DNA of 64,000 nucleotides, from the NCBI GenBank assembly GCA_027623195.1, contig JAQBUT010000003.1:1-64000 (forward strand). The letters are read 5' to 3'. The position numbers were made by a program, and so were the translations under genes. Positions within the stretch are counted from its first letter, which is position 1. Each line of letters opens with the position of its first letter. This DNA comes from Chloroflexota bacterium (lineage in GTDB: Bacteria > Chloroflexota > Dehalococcoidia > Lucifugimonadales > JADFKI01). The notes below the pieces were generated by a model. That model saw only the letters and a list, made by a program, of their open reading frames with translations, ran no database searches and was not told the DNA's origin. Positions 1 through 9,733 of this stretch are shown in pieces.

Positions 1-78
1 TATTTCTGTCATTTTAGGAGCGGGACTCTCTCTTAGCTACCTGTCTAAAAAACCGATACCACCTCAGAGTATTCAGTT

Positions 79-133
79 GAGCGGGACAACAGTAGGCCTG
101 GGTTCAGCGCTCAGGCCTACTGTTGTCCCGCTC
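79..133. terminator. Long perfect hairpin (22-bp stem) just 3' of the aldo/keto reductase; terminator or stabiliser
   Basis: GAGCGGGACAACAGTAGGCCTG (79-100) is the exact reverse complement of 112-133. Confidence 0.5.
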
Positions 134-143
134 GAAAGTGATT

Positions 144-1094
144 CTAAATATACTCGTCGAGGTCGCCGAAGACTCGGTGCAGTCTGCCCTTGTCCGCGTC
201 GGGCAGGATGGGGTTCTCCAGGGCACGCACGTTGTCGTCCAGGTGCTTGATGCTGGACGTGCCGGTCAGGACAGTGGAGATGGCCGGGTGGCCCGCCGCG
301 AACTTATAGCCCGCGTCCACCACCGATTCCACTTCGTCGTGGATGAGCCAGTCCAGGGGCTTCTCGTTAGGTAAGGCGTCAGGTGCCACCCGGCCGGCAG
401 CCTTCCACGTGGCCACCTGCTCCTGCAACAGCTTGGGGTTGGGCAGCTTCACACGTATGACGGCCATATTGATGATGCCGACGTTATGTTTTATGGCAAG
501 GGGCAACGCCTCTTTGTCCGCATACATGTTCAGGATGCCGTACTTCAGCATGATTGCGTCCCATAGCTCCGGGTGTGATTTCAGCGCCACGGTGACGCTT
601 TTATGGTCACCCTCTCCCATGAAATGCTCGCTAAAGCCGATGAAGCGAATCTTGCCCTGCTCCTGCGCCCGTTTTAGTACCGGGTAGTGTTGCTCCACAA
701 CATCGAAGTAGTCGGCCGAGTTCAGCACGTGGAACTGCATCAGGTCGATGCAGTCGGTCTGTAGGCGGCGCAGGCAGTTGTCGATGGAGTTGGCGATGTC
801 ATCTGGAGCGCGTAGCTTGCCGTCTGGGGTCTTGTAGCGGCACTTGGTCGCCAGCACATAAGAGTCTCTGGGAGCGCCACTGGTAGCAAGCGCCCTAGCA
901 AGAATCTCCTCGCTATCCCCGTAGGCTTCTGAAGTGTCGAACAGGTTTACGCCGACGTCCAGGCAGTGCTGGACCAGATCGTCCTGTTCAGACGAGGATA
1001 GGCCGGTGTTTTGCCCCAGTTTGCTCGGCCCGCCTGACCCGTAGCTCACCAGAGATACCTTTAGGCCTGTCCTTCCCAATGTACGATACTGCAT
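144..1094 (-). CDS. Aldo/keto reductase family oxidoreductase
   Basis: MQYRTLGRTGLKVS N-terminus; FDTSEAYG, LATKC and RLQTDCIDLMQFH motifs; GGAGG SD before the ATG at 1094. Confidence 0.92.
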   Translation of the reverse strand: MQYRTLGRTGLKVSLVSYGSGGPSKLGQNTGLSSSEQDDLVQHCLDVGVNLFDTSEAYGDSEEILARALATSGAPRDSYVLATKCRYKTPDGKLRAPDDIANSIDNCLRRLQTDCIDLMQFHVLNSADYFDVVEQHYPVLKRAQEQGKIRFIGFSEHFMGEGDHKSVTVALKSHPELWDAIMLKYGILNMYADKEALPLAIKHNVGIINMAVIRVKLPNPKLLQEQVATWKAAGRVAPDALPNEKPLDWLIHDEVESVVDAGYKFAAGHPAISTVLTGTSSIKHLDDNVRALENPILPDADKGRLHRVFGDLDEYI

Positions 1095-1242
1095 CAATCC
1101 TCCGTTATTTTCGAATGGGTGATATTCGAGATGTCACCCTAAATAGGTAACTAGGTCGCGCACTCCGCTAAGGTACTCGCAGACAAAAGTGGCATCCAGA
1201 AAGAAGGCGGTCGCGCCAAAGGCCAAGACTAATAACTAACGG

Positions 1243-2280
1243 CTATACGTACGGCATAACCTCTTCGGAGAACAGCTTCATAGAAGCCAGTATCTTGCCG
1301 TGGTCCATACCGCCGAAGGAGAAGTTGCAGCCGAAATACCCGATGCCCTGCTTCTGCATCTCCTTGATCTGCGCGATGCACTGCTCGGGTGTGCCCATGA
1401 CGCTTCTGTTTTCGCGGACATGCTCGTAGGTCTGCGGCTCTTCGGTGCGAGTGTTGCGCCAGTGGTCCAGGTTCATGCCGATCTCGCTGCCCTCGGTGAG
1501 CCTGCCCCTCCACTGCAGCATATCGATCATCCACTGGAGCGATGTCTGTGTATCCTCCCGCACCTGTTCCTCCGTGGGCGCCACGTACACATGCCGGAAG
1601 AAGGGTATTGCCGTGGATGGCACGTTGAAGCCTGCTTCGGCGGACAACGAGGCGTATCGCTGGCATAACTCTATGGCAGGAGCGGTCTCCATAGTAAGAC
1701 CGACCATCGTCGGCCAGCCCTTGGAGACGGCGTATTCCAGCGTGGCCTGCGTGCGCGTTGCCGCGATGAAAGAAGGTGGGTGGGGCTGCTGGACCACCTG
1801 CGGCACCAGATTGGCCTTGTCTACGCTATAGAACTGGCCCTTATGGCTGTAATCGGCCTTCGTCCACATTCCCTCGATCATGTTGACCGACTCCTGGAAA
1901 CGCTCCTGCGTGTCGCTGGGGTCGATTCCAAAGGGTACGAACTCGTAACGGGCCGCGCCTCGACCGAATCCAACGTCCAGCCGGCCATTGCTCATCAGGT
2001 CCAGGGTGGCCGTATCTTCAGCAAGTCGTATCGGGTTGTGCAGGGGCGGGACAAGCACGGCCAAGCCCAGGCGTATGGTGCTCGTCTGCGCGGCTATTCC
2101 AGCAGCAATTAGCATTGACGAGGAGCCCAAGCCATAGCGTGTGAAGTGGTGCTCGGCGAACCATGCGCTGTCGAAGCCCAGGGCCTCGCCGTGCTGCACC
2201 TCCTTGATAGTCTCGTCCAGGACCTTCCGAGGCTCTTTGCCTTCGGGCCAGGGAAGGTGTGTCATAATCGCGAATCTCAT
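1243..2280 (-). CDS. LLM-class (luciferase-like) flavin-dependent monooxygenase
   Basis: GFDSAWFAEHHF, HNPIRLAED..TLD..SNGRLDVGFGRG, PQVVQQPHPP; start trimmed to MRFAIM with a GGAG SD. Confidence 0.93.
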   Translation of the reverse strand: MRFAIMTHLPWPEGKEPRKVLDETIKEVQHGEALGFDSAWFAEHHFTRYGLGSSSMLIAAGIAAQTSTIRLGLAVLVPPLHNPIRLAEDTATLDLMSNGRLDVGFGRGAARYEFVPFGIDPSDTQERFQESVNMIEGMWTKADYSHKGQFYSVDKANLVPQVVQQPHPPSFIAATRTQATLEYAVSKGWPTMVGLTMETAPAIELCQRYASLSAEAGFNVPSTAIPFFRHVYVAPTEEQVREDTQTSLQWMIDMLQWRGRLTEGSEIGMNLDHWRNTRTEEPQTYEHVRENRSVMGTPEQCIAQIKEMQKQGIGYFGCNFSFGGMDHGKILASMKLFSEEVMPYV

Positions 2281-2471
2281 TTTTTCGATATCTCCGCAAT
2301 AACAGGCTGGGCTAAACTGTGCGCATTTACCCATGCCCCGCACATACGAGGCGAGCATATTATTTCATAGATGTGCTCGGCTTGCTAATGGTTTAGCCAT
2401 GCTCCCGTTGACGGGCAACGTTCTGGCAAATAAACTCCGGTCACTATGACTGATCGAAGGCAGGTGAACCA

Positions 2472-3218
2472 ATGAGACTCGAAGGCAAGGTGGCGCTGCT
2501 CAGTGGCGGCGCTGGTGGCATCGGAACGGCGGAGGCCAGGCTGTTTGCGCGAGAGGGTGCCGCCGTTGTGGTGGGCGACCTGAACGAGGAGCAGGGCGGC
2601 GCTTTGGCGGAGGAGATCGTTAAGTCCGGCGGCCGCGCCGTTTTCGTTCGGCTGGACGTTCTGGACGAGGCAAGTTGGCAGGCTGCCGTGGACACTGCCG
2701 TGCAGACTTACGGCAAGCTGAACGTGCTGGTCAACAACGCGGGCATTACACGCAACGAGGGCCTGCTGGACACCACTGAGGACATCTGGGACAGCGTGAT
2801 GGATGTCAACGCTAAGGGAACGTTCCTGGGCTGCAAGCACGCCATTCCGGAGATGCGCCACGCCGGAGGAGGTTCCATAATCAACATGTCATCCGGAGCG
2901 GGCCTGGTTGGCAGTCCGCGCACAACTGCCTACCACGCGTCCAAGGGCGCGGTGCGCATATTCACTAAAGCAGTGGCCATACAGTACGCCCCCGACAATA
3001 TCAGAGTGAACTCGGTACACCCCGGCCCCATCGTGACTCCTATGTTGGCTTTTAACCTGGCCTCCGCAGAGGGTGCCTTTCCTCCAGAAGCTATGCCTAT
3101 GGGCAGGTATGGCCAGCCTGAGGAGATTGCCTACGGAGTGCTGTACCTGGCCTCGGACGAGTCTGGCTTCGTCACCGGCAGCGAACTGGTAATAGACGGT
3201 GGCAGGACCGCGCAGTAG
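2472..3218 (+). CDS. Short-chain dehydrogenase/reductase (SDR)
   Basis: GGAGGIG nucleotide-binding motif, NNAG, YHASK catalytic motif, IRVNSVHPG. Confidence 0.95.
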   Translation: MRLEGKVALLSGGAGGIGTAEARLFAREGAAVVVGDLNEEQGGALAEEIVKSGGRAVFVRLDVLDEASWQAAVDTAVQTYGKLNVLVNNAGITRNEGLLDTTEDIWDSVMDVNAKGTFLGCKHAIPEMRHAGGGSIINMSSGAGLVGSPRTTAYHASKGAVRIFTKAVAIQYAPDNIRVNSVHPGPIVTPMLAFNLASAEGAFPPEAMPMGRYGQPEEIAYGVLYLASDESGFVTGSELVIDGGRTAQ

Positions 3219-3292
3219 GCGTACGCCGTTACCGACTGACCCAAGGACAGGGCCATTCTGAGGAGAGTCATTACTCTTGATTTGTCAGGCGC

Positions 3293-3375
3293 TTCACCCT
3301 CACCTTAGTCCCTCACCCGTCAAGGAAAGGAAACTACTCCTTCCCCCCTAGGGGGAAGGTTGGGATGAGGGTGAA
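3293..3375. repeat. REP/BoxC-like palindromic element, family A copy 1
   Basis: Outer inverted repeat TTCACCCTCA/TGAGGGTGAA enclosing a CCTTCCCCC..GGGGGAAGG hairpin; between convergent genes; similar copy at 10109-10197. Confidence 0.7.
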
Positions 3376-3413
3376 AGGGCTTAGCCGAAGGCGGCTATTA
3401 TTGACCCTGACAC

Positions 3414-4886
3414 CTACCGGTAGTACACGGTATGGTCGTCCGGTAGGCTCTTGGGACAGGAGCCCTCGTTGAAGGTTGCCGCCATGGTGTCCGGCGTTAG
3501 CATCTTTAGGAAGACGTGCCAGCCTTGCAATCCGCCGGTGCCATTGGCCGACACAAAACAGTGCTCATCTGTGACAGTGCGCGGGTCGGTGAAGGAGTCA
3601 TCTTGGGGTCCTAGCTGTACGGAGACCTGCTCCTCGTTAATACGGAGGTAGCCGTCTGGCATGAGCGCAATGGTCATACCCCAGTCGGCCCTGCCGTATT
3701 CGCCCTGATCTACGTAAGGCGTCTGGAACCATCCGCCGTAAATGGAGCCAGGTACGTCGAATGAAGTATTGCAGTCGGCTTCTGCCGCACTGCCGTTAGA
3801 CCCTCCGAATAGCGCACGGTACTCGTCGCCCATGTCGCCCTCGAAGTAGTCGTAAGGGCATTCAGCGTAGAGCAGAACTCGCAGGTCTCCGGTTTTCTCG
3901 TAGCGTTCCTGGTTGGCAAACGAGTTCTGTACAGTGGTGTTGTTGAATATAAAATCCCAGCTGTGGGCCACTATAGTGCCGGTGGTGTAGCCCATCAGGT
4001 CGCAGGCCTTCACGCTTATGGAGACCTGCTTTTCAGCGTCGCGAGTGGTGTTAGCAGGTACTTCGGGAGCATATTCAGATACGCCCGTGGCTAGCTCTGA
4101 AAGATGGTCAAACCCGTACGTAACCTCGCAGCTTATACTTAGCCTTAACTCGTACTGGGGAACGTCCTGCCAGTCGCCGTTAATGTCTGGCATTGGCTGA
4201 AGGTAGTAAGTAATGCCTATAAGCTCCGAATCCGCCGGGGCATAAACCGGCACACTCGGCGCCAGGGTGCCGTATTCAGCGTCGATGTTGAGGTACGAGC
4301 GGTTCTTGTACCAGTTACCGCTTATTACAGACGGCGGAAGTATATTGCTAATGGTGTTCAGGTCGGTTATGTGCGATGTCAATACTGGCGAGGGGTCGCT
4401 TTTGCAGTTTGGTTCGCCGTAGCCGTACTGAGTGCCACCGATGTTTTTGGCCGTCGTGTCCGCTTGTTCCCCACTGGTTGGTTCGTCAGGCGAGTGCGTC
4501 GGCATTGGGGACGAGTAAAGCTTGGCCTCGGTAGTGGTCTTGGATATGGGAGGTAAATAAAGCTTTGCGTTTGCAGTTGAGGCCTCAGGCTCGGAGGCCT
4601 TGGTGGCCGTAGCGGCTGGCACCGACTTTGCCGTGAAGACAGGTTTTGGCATAGATGTTTCCGTCGGCAGGGGAGCCTGCGCCGTCACAACTGATGCCGA
4701 CGGCTTCGATGGCGTGTTGTCCAACGTGGGCTTTGCGGGGGACACAATCGCAGGTGCGTCGCTTGGTTTTGAGGCGTCGCTGCTCTCGATACTTGGTGAC
4801 GCCGGTGGCCCCGTGCATGCGACCATTACGAAAACTATCGCCGCGACCGCGATGCCAGTGATCGAAACTCTATTTAAATCCCTCAT
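3414..4886 (-). CDS. Lipoprotein with a Pro/Ser/Thr/Ala stalk and a degenerate M23-peptidase-like domain
   Basis: Lipobox MVAC; low-complexity linker; PVYAPADS, FDHL and VKACDLMGYT resemble the M23 fold. Confidence 0.6.
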   Translation of the reverse strand: MRDLNRVSITGIAVAAIVFVMVACTGPPASPSIESSDASKPSDAPAIVSPAKPTLDNTPSKPSASVVTAQAPLPTETSMPKPVFTAKSVPAATATKASEPEASTANAKLYLPPISKTTTEAKLYSSPMPTHSPDEPTSGEQADTTAKNIGGTQYGYGEPNCKSDPSPVLTSHITDLNTISNILPPSVISGNWYKNRSYLNIDAEYGTLAPSVPVYAPADSELIGITYYLQPMPDINGDWQDVPQYELRLSISCEVTYGFDHLSELATGVSEYAPEVPANTTRDAEKQVSISVKACDLMGYTTGTIVAHSWDFIFNNTTVQNSFANQERYEKTGDLRVLLYAECPYDYFEGDMGDEYRALFGGSNGSAAEADCNTSFDVPGSIYGGWFQTPYVDQGEYGRADWGMTIALMPDGYLRINEEQVSVQLGPQDDSFTDPRTVTDEHCFVSANGTGGLQGWHVFLKMLTPDTMAATFNEGSCPKSLPDDHTVYYR

Positions 4887-4962
4887 GCAAGCGACTGTAT
4901 AGTGGGAACGTTGCCATTACCACCGTGTTGACCGCTAATGTAACAGCATGAACGCCGTGGGG

Positions 4963-6108
4963 TTAGTCGTCGGCCTGCACCGCCTGGGACTGCTCGACAC
5001 TTTTGGCTCTGGATTTGGCTTGGAAATGGGGAACAACGTACTTGCCGAAGAGGCTCAGCGACTGCATAACCTCTTCGTGGGAGACAGGCCCCACCTGGAA
5101 TAACGGCATCACCTCGTCGACGCCCATGGCTTCGTACTGCTCCAGGTATTCGATGCAGTCATCCGGGGTTCCGATGGCGAAACGTCCGCCCATCTCGATT
5201 AGGTCACGAGACGAGACCTCATCTGCTCGGGCATCGTCCCGCGCCATGGCCCTTTCGTAATGCCACCTGTAATCGTCGGGCACGCGTTCGGACGGGTAAT
5301 CCTTCCACACCATGGAGTCGCGTATGCGCTGCTGTTCGCGATACCAGTCAATGAGTTGTGCGCCTCTTTCAATTGCCTTATCGCGGTTCTCGTGACAGTA
5401 TGCGACGGTGCTGCCCGATATCTGGTTGTTGACGAATTTGCCGATAGGGTTGGCCTTTTGTATGGCATCCCTATAAATTCTAACCAACATCTCCGTACGC
5501 TCGGCCCCGATGCTGGTTTGCGTCAGGCAGCCCAGGCCCTGAAGCCCCGCCTTCTCGAAAGTCTCCTCGCGAGTACAGGCCTGCCACATGGGCGGATGAG
5601 GCTGCTGCACCGGCTTGGGAATGACCTCCCGTTCCGGGATGTCGAAGTACTTGCCCTTGAAGGAAAAGGTCTTTTCGGTCCATGCCAGAGGTATGATTTT
5701 CAGGGACTCCTCCACAATGCCGGTGGAGTCCGCGAGGTCGGTTCCGAAGGGCATCATCTGGTACGGGTAGCCCGAGCGTCCTACGCCGAAGTCCACCCGG
5801 CCATTGCTGAGTATGTCCAGCGTCGCCATGCGTACCGCCGTGTGAAGCGGATGGTGTATTGGAGGAAGCACGGCCGCGATGCCCAGGCGCATGTTTGTGG
5901 TGCGCTGGCTTATGGCCGCCAACGACAGGTCTGGCGCGCTGGAGTGCGACCACTCGGACCGGAAGTGGTGCTCCACGAACCAGACGCTCTCGAAGCCCAC
6001 CTCCTCTGCGAAAACCACCTGGTCCAGCATCTGATGGAACTTTAGTGCTTCGCTACCCGCGTCCCAGGGCTTGGGAACCTGTATCTGGTAGAACATTCCG
6101 ATTCGCAT
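4963..6108 (-). CDS. LLM-class flavin-dependent monooxygenase
   Basis: GFESVWFVEHHF, TLDILSNGRVDFGVGRS, PKPVQQPHPP. Confidence 0.93.
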   Translation of the reverse strand: MRIGMFYQIQVPKPWDAGSEALKFHQMLDQVVFAEEVGFESVWFVEHHFRSEWSHSSAPDLSLAAISQRTTNMRLGIAAVLPPIHHPLHTAVRMATLDILSNGRVDFGVGRSGYPYQMMPFGTDLADSTGIVEESLKIIPLAWTEKTFSFKGKYFDIPEREVIPKPVQQPHPPMWQACTREETFEKAGLQGLGCLTQTSIGAERTEMLVRIYRDAIQKANPIGKFVNNQISGSTVAYCHENRDKAIERGAQLIDWYREQQRIRDSMVWKDYPSERVPDDYRWHYERAMARDDARADEVSSRDLIEMGGRFAIGTPDDCIEYLEQYEAMGVDEVMPLFQVGPVSHEEVMQSLSLFGKYVVPHFQAKSRAKSVEQSQAVQADD

Positions 6109-6144
6109 ATTTTGTCCTCTTGGCTATAAGTATCAGTTTGCGCG

Positions 6145-6173
6145 AGTGTAAATTGGCAAGAAGGTGCTGTCAA
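6145..6173 (-). promoter_or_regulatory. Sigma70-type promoter for the LLM gene
   Basis: Minus strand TTGACA-N17-TACACT. Confidence 0.6.
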
Positions 6174-6273
6174 CATGCTGCCAATGAGCGCCCCAATTGG
6201 CGTGACACCATTTTCCTCTAAGGAATACCATGATTTTTGGAACAAAAACAAAAAAGTTTCCGAAGGAGTCCCA

Positions 6274-8561
6274 ATGGTTCGTCAGAAACCCTACCGACGT
6301 GTGTTAATAGGGGCGATATTCGCCTTCGTTTTTGTCGCGGCTCTTGCCTGCGAAGACCTGCCTGCCGACCTTGCGGCACTGGCCACCGCGCAGCCTCAAG
6401 AGGTCGCAACGTTGCAGGCGGCGCTTACTTCGACAGTAAAAGAGGCCGTTCCAACTGCTACCGCTCAGCCTGAGCCTACGGCCACGCCAATTCAGCGACG
6501 GCTAACTGGTGCAGCGCAGTTCACTCCCACCCCTGCTCCCGACAGCGTGGAGCCGCTTGTGGACGGGCCTGATGACACGGGGTTGGTGCAAGCCAATAGC
6601 ACTTTTCCAGCACTCAATCCAGGGACTCTTCGGGGGGCAGGTTCGCCTTAACCATTAATGGCTCGGCTCCCGATCCTTTACATTCCGTGGAAAATGGAAT
6701 AATCCAGGGTGAAGTTGTAACTCAGCAACTAGGGTCGGACAATCTGACTCGGAAGCATCTTGCCACTATTTCCTACCAGCCTTTTAACATCGAGGTTGAC
6801 ATGGACATGAGCGGTCAATTTTACGAATGGATCGAAGACGCCATCGACGGCAACTCTCAAGAGGCGGATGGTGAAGTGATAGTGTTGGGGGCGGACTTCG
6901 GGGACCTGTCCACCCGTCAATTTACGGATGCCATTGTAACGAAGGTCACCTTTCCTGCGCTGGATGGGTCCAGCCGTGACGCCGCGCATCTTGGAGTACA
7001 GTTCACTCCCGAGCAAATTAACTACGATAGTGGGAACGACGGTCTCGCTGAAGTATCGGCGGGTAGGGCCAAACAAATGAAGGGGTGGCTAGTTTCCAAC
7101 TTCCGTATTGAGCTAGGTGACCTGCCAACCGACCGTGTTTCCAAAATAGACTCATTTTCCTGGGAGCAAAAAGTAGTTGAAAGCCAGGTAGGCTCCTTTG
7201 GCAATCAGACCTTACAGCCTGCAGGCGTTGAGGTGTCGAATCTAAAGTTAACCATATCCATGGCGGACATCGACGAGTGGGCCGACTGGTTCGATGAATT
7301 CGTCGTCGACGGTCACGCGTCGGATTCTGATGAGCTGTCCGGTACCCTTACCTTTCTGGCCCCGGATTTGCAGGCAGAGCTGGCCACAGTCTTGCTGGAT
7401 CACGTTGGCATTATCTCTCTAAGCTTGCCTAGCCTGGAGGCCAACCAAGACCAGGTCCAACGATTCACCGTAGAGTTGTATGTTGAGGACCTGTTCTTCG
7501 AATACATAGGAGATGGCGGCTCGGGGTCGGTCATCCCTTCGGTGCCCACGCCTACGCCAGCAGCACAACCCACCGCCGCTTCAACGTCAACTCCGGCCCC
7601 TGTTGCGGCTCCTCCGTCGCCTACAGCGACCGCGAACGCCCAGACACCGACTCCCACGTCGTCCTTGTTACCGCCGGCATTCCCTACGGCTATATCCAAC
7701 CAGCCGCCATTGGTAACAGGAAATGAGTCGCCCACGGTAGCCATCCTCTCATCTGTTGAAGATGTGGAGGGTAGCCCGGTAGTCCTGGATTATCGCCTGT
7801 CGGACTCCACCGGGGATTCCGTGTCTGTTGAAGTTGCTTACTCCCTGGATAGCGGTCGAAGTTTCAGAAACGCTTCGCCAACATCGAGGCTCGCTATAAC
7901 GCGCAACCTCGCAACTAGCGCTTCGGGGAAGGATTATAGCTTTACGTGGAACTCCGGATTGGACCTGGGCGATAAGTCGTTCGACGGCGTCCTAGTTCGA
8001 ATTACCCCGTCAGATGCGTCTGTAGGTAGGAGTGCGCAAACCCGGCCATTCGCATACAACCCGTTGAGAAACGCCGTGGCCTCAGCGTGCGGCGTCAGAG
8101 ACGGCCAATGGCTACTGGATAGCAGGAATTGGGACGTTCTGCATAAGGCGTTGCTGGTTTGCCAAAACGACCTTGTGTTGTCGATTCAGGAAGGGCTCAC
8201 AAGCATAGATAGTACCGCCAGGAGCACACGGACCCTTTCGACAACCCTAAACGATATAAGTAGCGCGCAAAAGCTTGCTTCCGTGTATGGCACGGACGCC
8301 GTCTCATTGCAGAGTGTCGCCGGCTTAGCGGATGGGGGCACGGTGTCGACCGATAAGCTTGGCGTCACCCTCGCGACGCTGGACGGTCTTGCCGCCGAAT
8401 TGGACAAGACCTTGGCGACGATGGGTGACGATTCCCAACTTATGAATCTGGACCTTCAGGGTAAGATTCAACAGCAGCAACAGACGCTGCAAACGCTGTC
8501 CAACGTGTCCAAAATGATGCACGATACCGCGATGTCTATCATCAGGAACATACGCGCTTAG
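6274..8561 (+). CDS. Frameshift-split lipoprotein: lipobox, two tail-tube (T4 gp19/eCIS-like) domains, PT stalk, Ig-like domain and a T3SS needle/tip-like C-terminal helix
   Basis: AAGGAG SD and ATG at 6274, lipobox ALAC. The tube-like sequence starts at about 6621 in the -1 frame (RDSSGGRFALTING..LHSVENG) and runs into ORF 6687-8561 (FYEWI..DG, VTFPALDG, NFRIELG, WADWFDEFVV, VELYVE). C-terminus LDLQGKIQQQQQTLQTLSNVSKMMHDTAMSIIRNIRA. Confidence 0.7.
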
Positions 8562-8588
8562 GGGACAGCAACAGCACTGTTTAAATAA

Positions 8589-8625
8589 GGGGTTGGCTGA
8601 TGCGTATACTGCATCGCCAACCTCT
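8589..8625 (+). terminator. Hairpin after the tube-domain gene
   Basis: GGTTGGC(T)GATGC / GCATCGCCAACC stem; weak U-tract. Confidence 0.35.
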
Positions 8626-8678
8626 TCGTGCTATACTTCATGCCGTATTTTATAGCTATATAGGGGCATAGGAGCGGT

Positions 8679-9677
8679 ATGACAGAGGCTAAATTCAAGG
8701 TTTACTTTATGGGCGGGGCCACGCGCGAAAGCCTTGCCGACACCATCGAGGAACTGGACAGAGTAGGGGCAGTTCTGGAGGTGCTCCCTGCATTGCAGGA
8801 TGAGGACGAGATAATCGAAAAGACGGGCGATGCCGATGCCCTGATTCTGTCGAACTCCCCTATTACACGAAAAGTCATGAGCGCACTGAAGAACTGCAAG
8901 GTGGTCCTGCGTACCGGCGTCGGCTACGACGTTATCGAGGTGCCAGCCGCCACCGACCTTGGCATAGCCGTGGTGAACATCCCCGACATGTGGACACGAG
9001 AGGTCGCCAATCAGGCTATGGCGCTGCTGATGGCGTGCAACCGTAAGGTCGTGGAACTGGACCGAGACATCAAGTCGGGCCAGTGGACACCCACACCCCC
9101 TTATAACGAAGGCCCGCTGTTTGGCGAAACGGTCGGCATCCTCGGTCTTGGCCGCATTGGCAGCGCATTTGCACGCCGAGCAAAGGGCTTCGAGTTTAAC
9201 GTTATCGCCCACGACCCCTACCAGTCTGACGATGTATTCCAGGAGTTGGGTGTGGAGCGCGTAATCTTCGACGAGCTATTCCAGCGGTCCGACTACATTT
9301 CCTGTCACACACCGCTCACCGACGAGACCCGCCATATCGTGAACGAGAGGGCGCTGCGCCAGATGAAGCCAACTGCCTACCTCATTAACACCTCTCGCGG
9401 ACCGGTAGTCGAAGAAGCTGCCGTCATCAAGGCCCTGCAAGGGGGCTGGATAGCCGGAGCCGGTCTGGACGTGCTGGAGAAGGAGCCGCCGGATGCCGAC
9501 AATCCGCTGCTGAAGATGAACAACGTAGTGCTATCACCGCATGCTGGCCACTACTCCGAGGAGTCCATGCGCATTCGGCCACGGCGGTACGGTAGCGAGG
9601 TGGCGCTGGTCCTGGAGGGCAAAATGCCTGAGAACCTCGTCAATATCGAGGTACGCGAACGGCTGCCGTTAATCTAG
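8679..9677 (+). CDS. D-2-hydroxyacid dehydrogenase (CtBP/SerA-like)
   Basis: GVGYD, GLGRIG, LINTSRG, AGLDV, SPHAG. Confidence 0.93.
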   Translation: MTEAKFKVYFMGGATRESLADTIEELDRVGAVLEVLPALQDEDEIIEKTGDADALILSNSPITRKVMSALKNCKVVLRTGVGYDVIEVPAATDLGIAVVNIPDMWTREVANQAMALLMACNRKVVELDRDIKSGQWTPTPPYNEGPLFGETVGILGLGRIGSAFARRAKGFEFNVIAHDPYQSDDVFQELGVERVIFDELFQRSDYISCHTPLTDETRHIVNERALRQMKPTAYLINTSRGPVVEEAAVIKALQGGWIAGAGLDVLEKEPPDADNPLLKMNNVVLSPHAGHYSEESMRIRPRRYGSEVALVLEGKMPENLVNIEVRERLPLI

Positions 9678-9733
9678 TAAAGAGCAACTATCGAGCTTCG
9701 TTCAAAAGCCAATTTGCTGGAGGAGCCAAAACA

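Noticed and set aside
6274..8561. Prophage or complete eCIS/T6SS locus
   Set aside because: No sheath, baseplate, spike, capsid, terminase or integrase genes in the window
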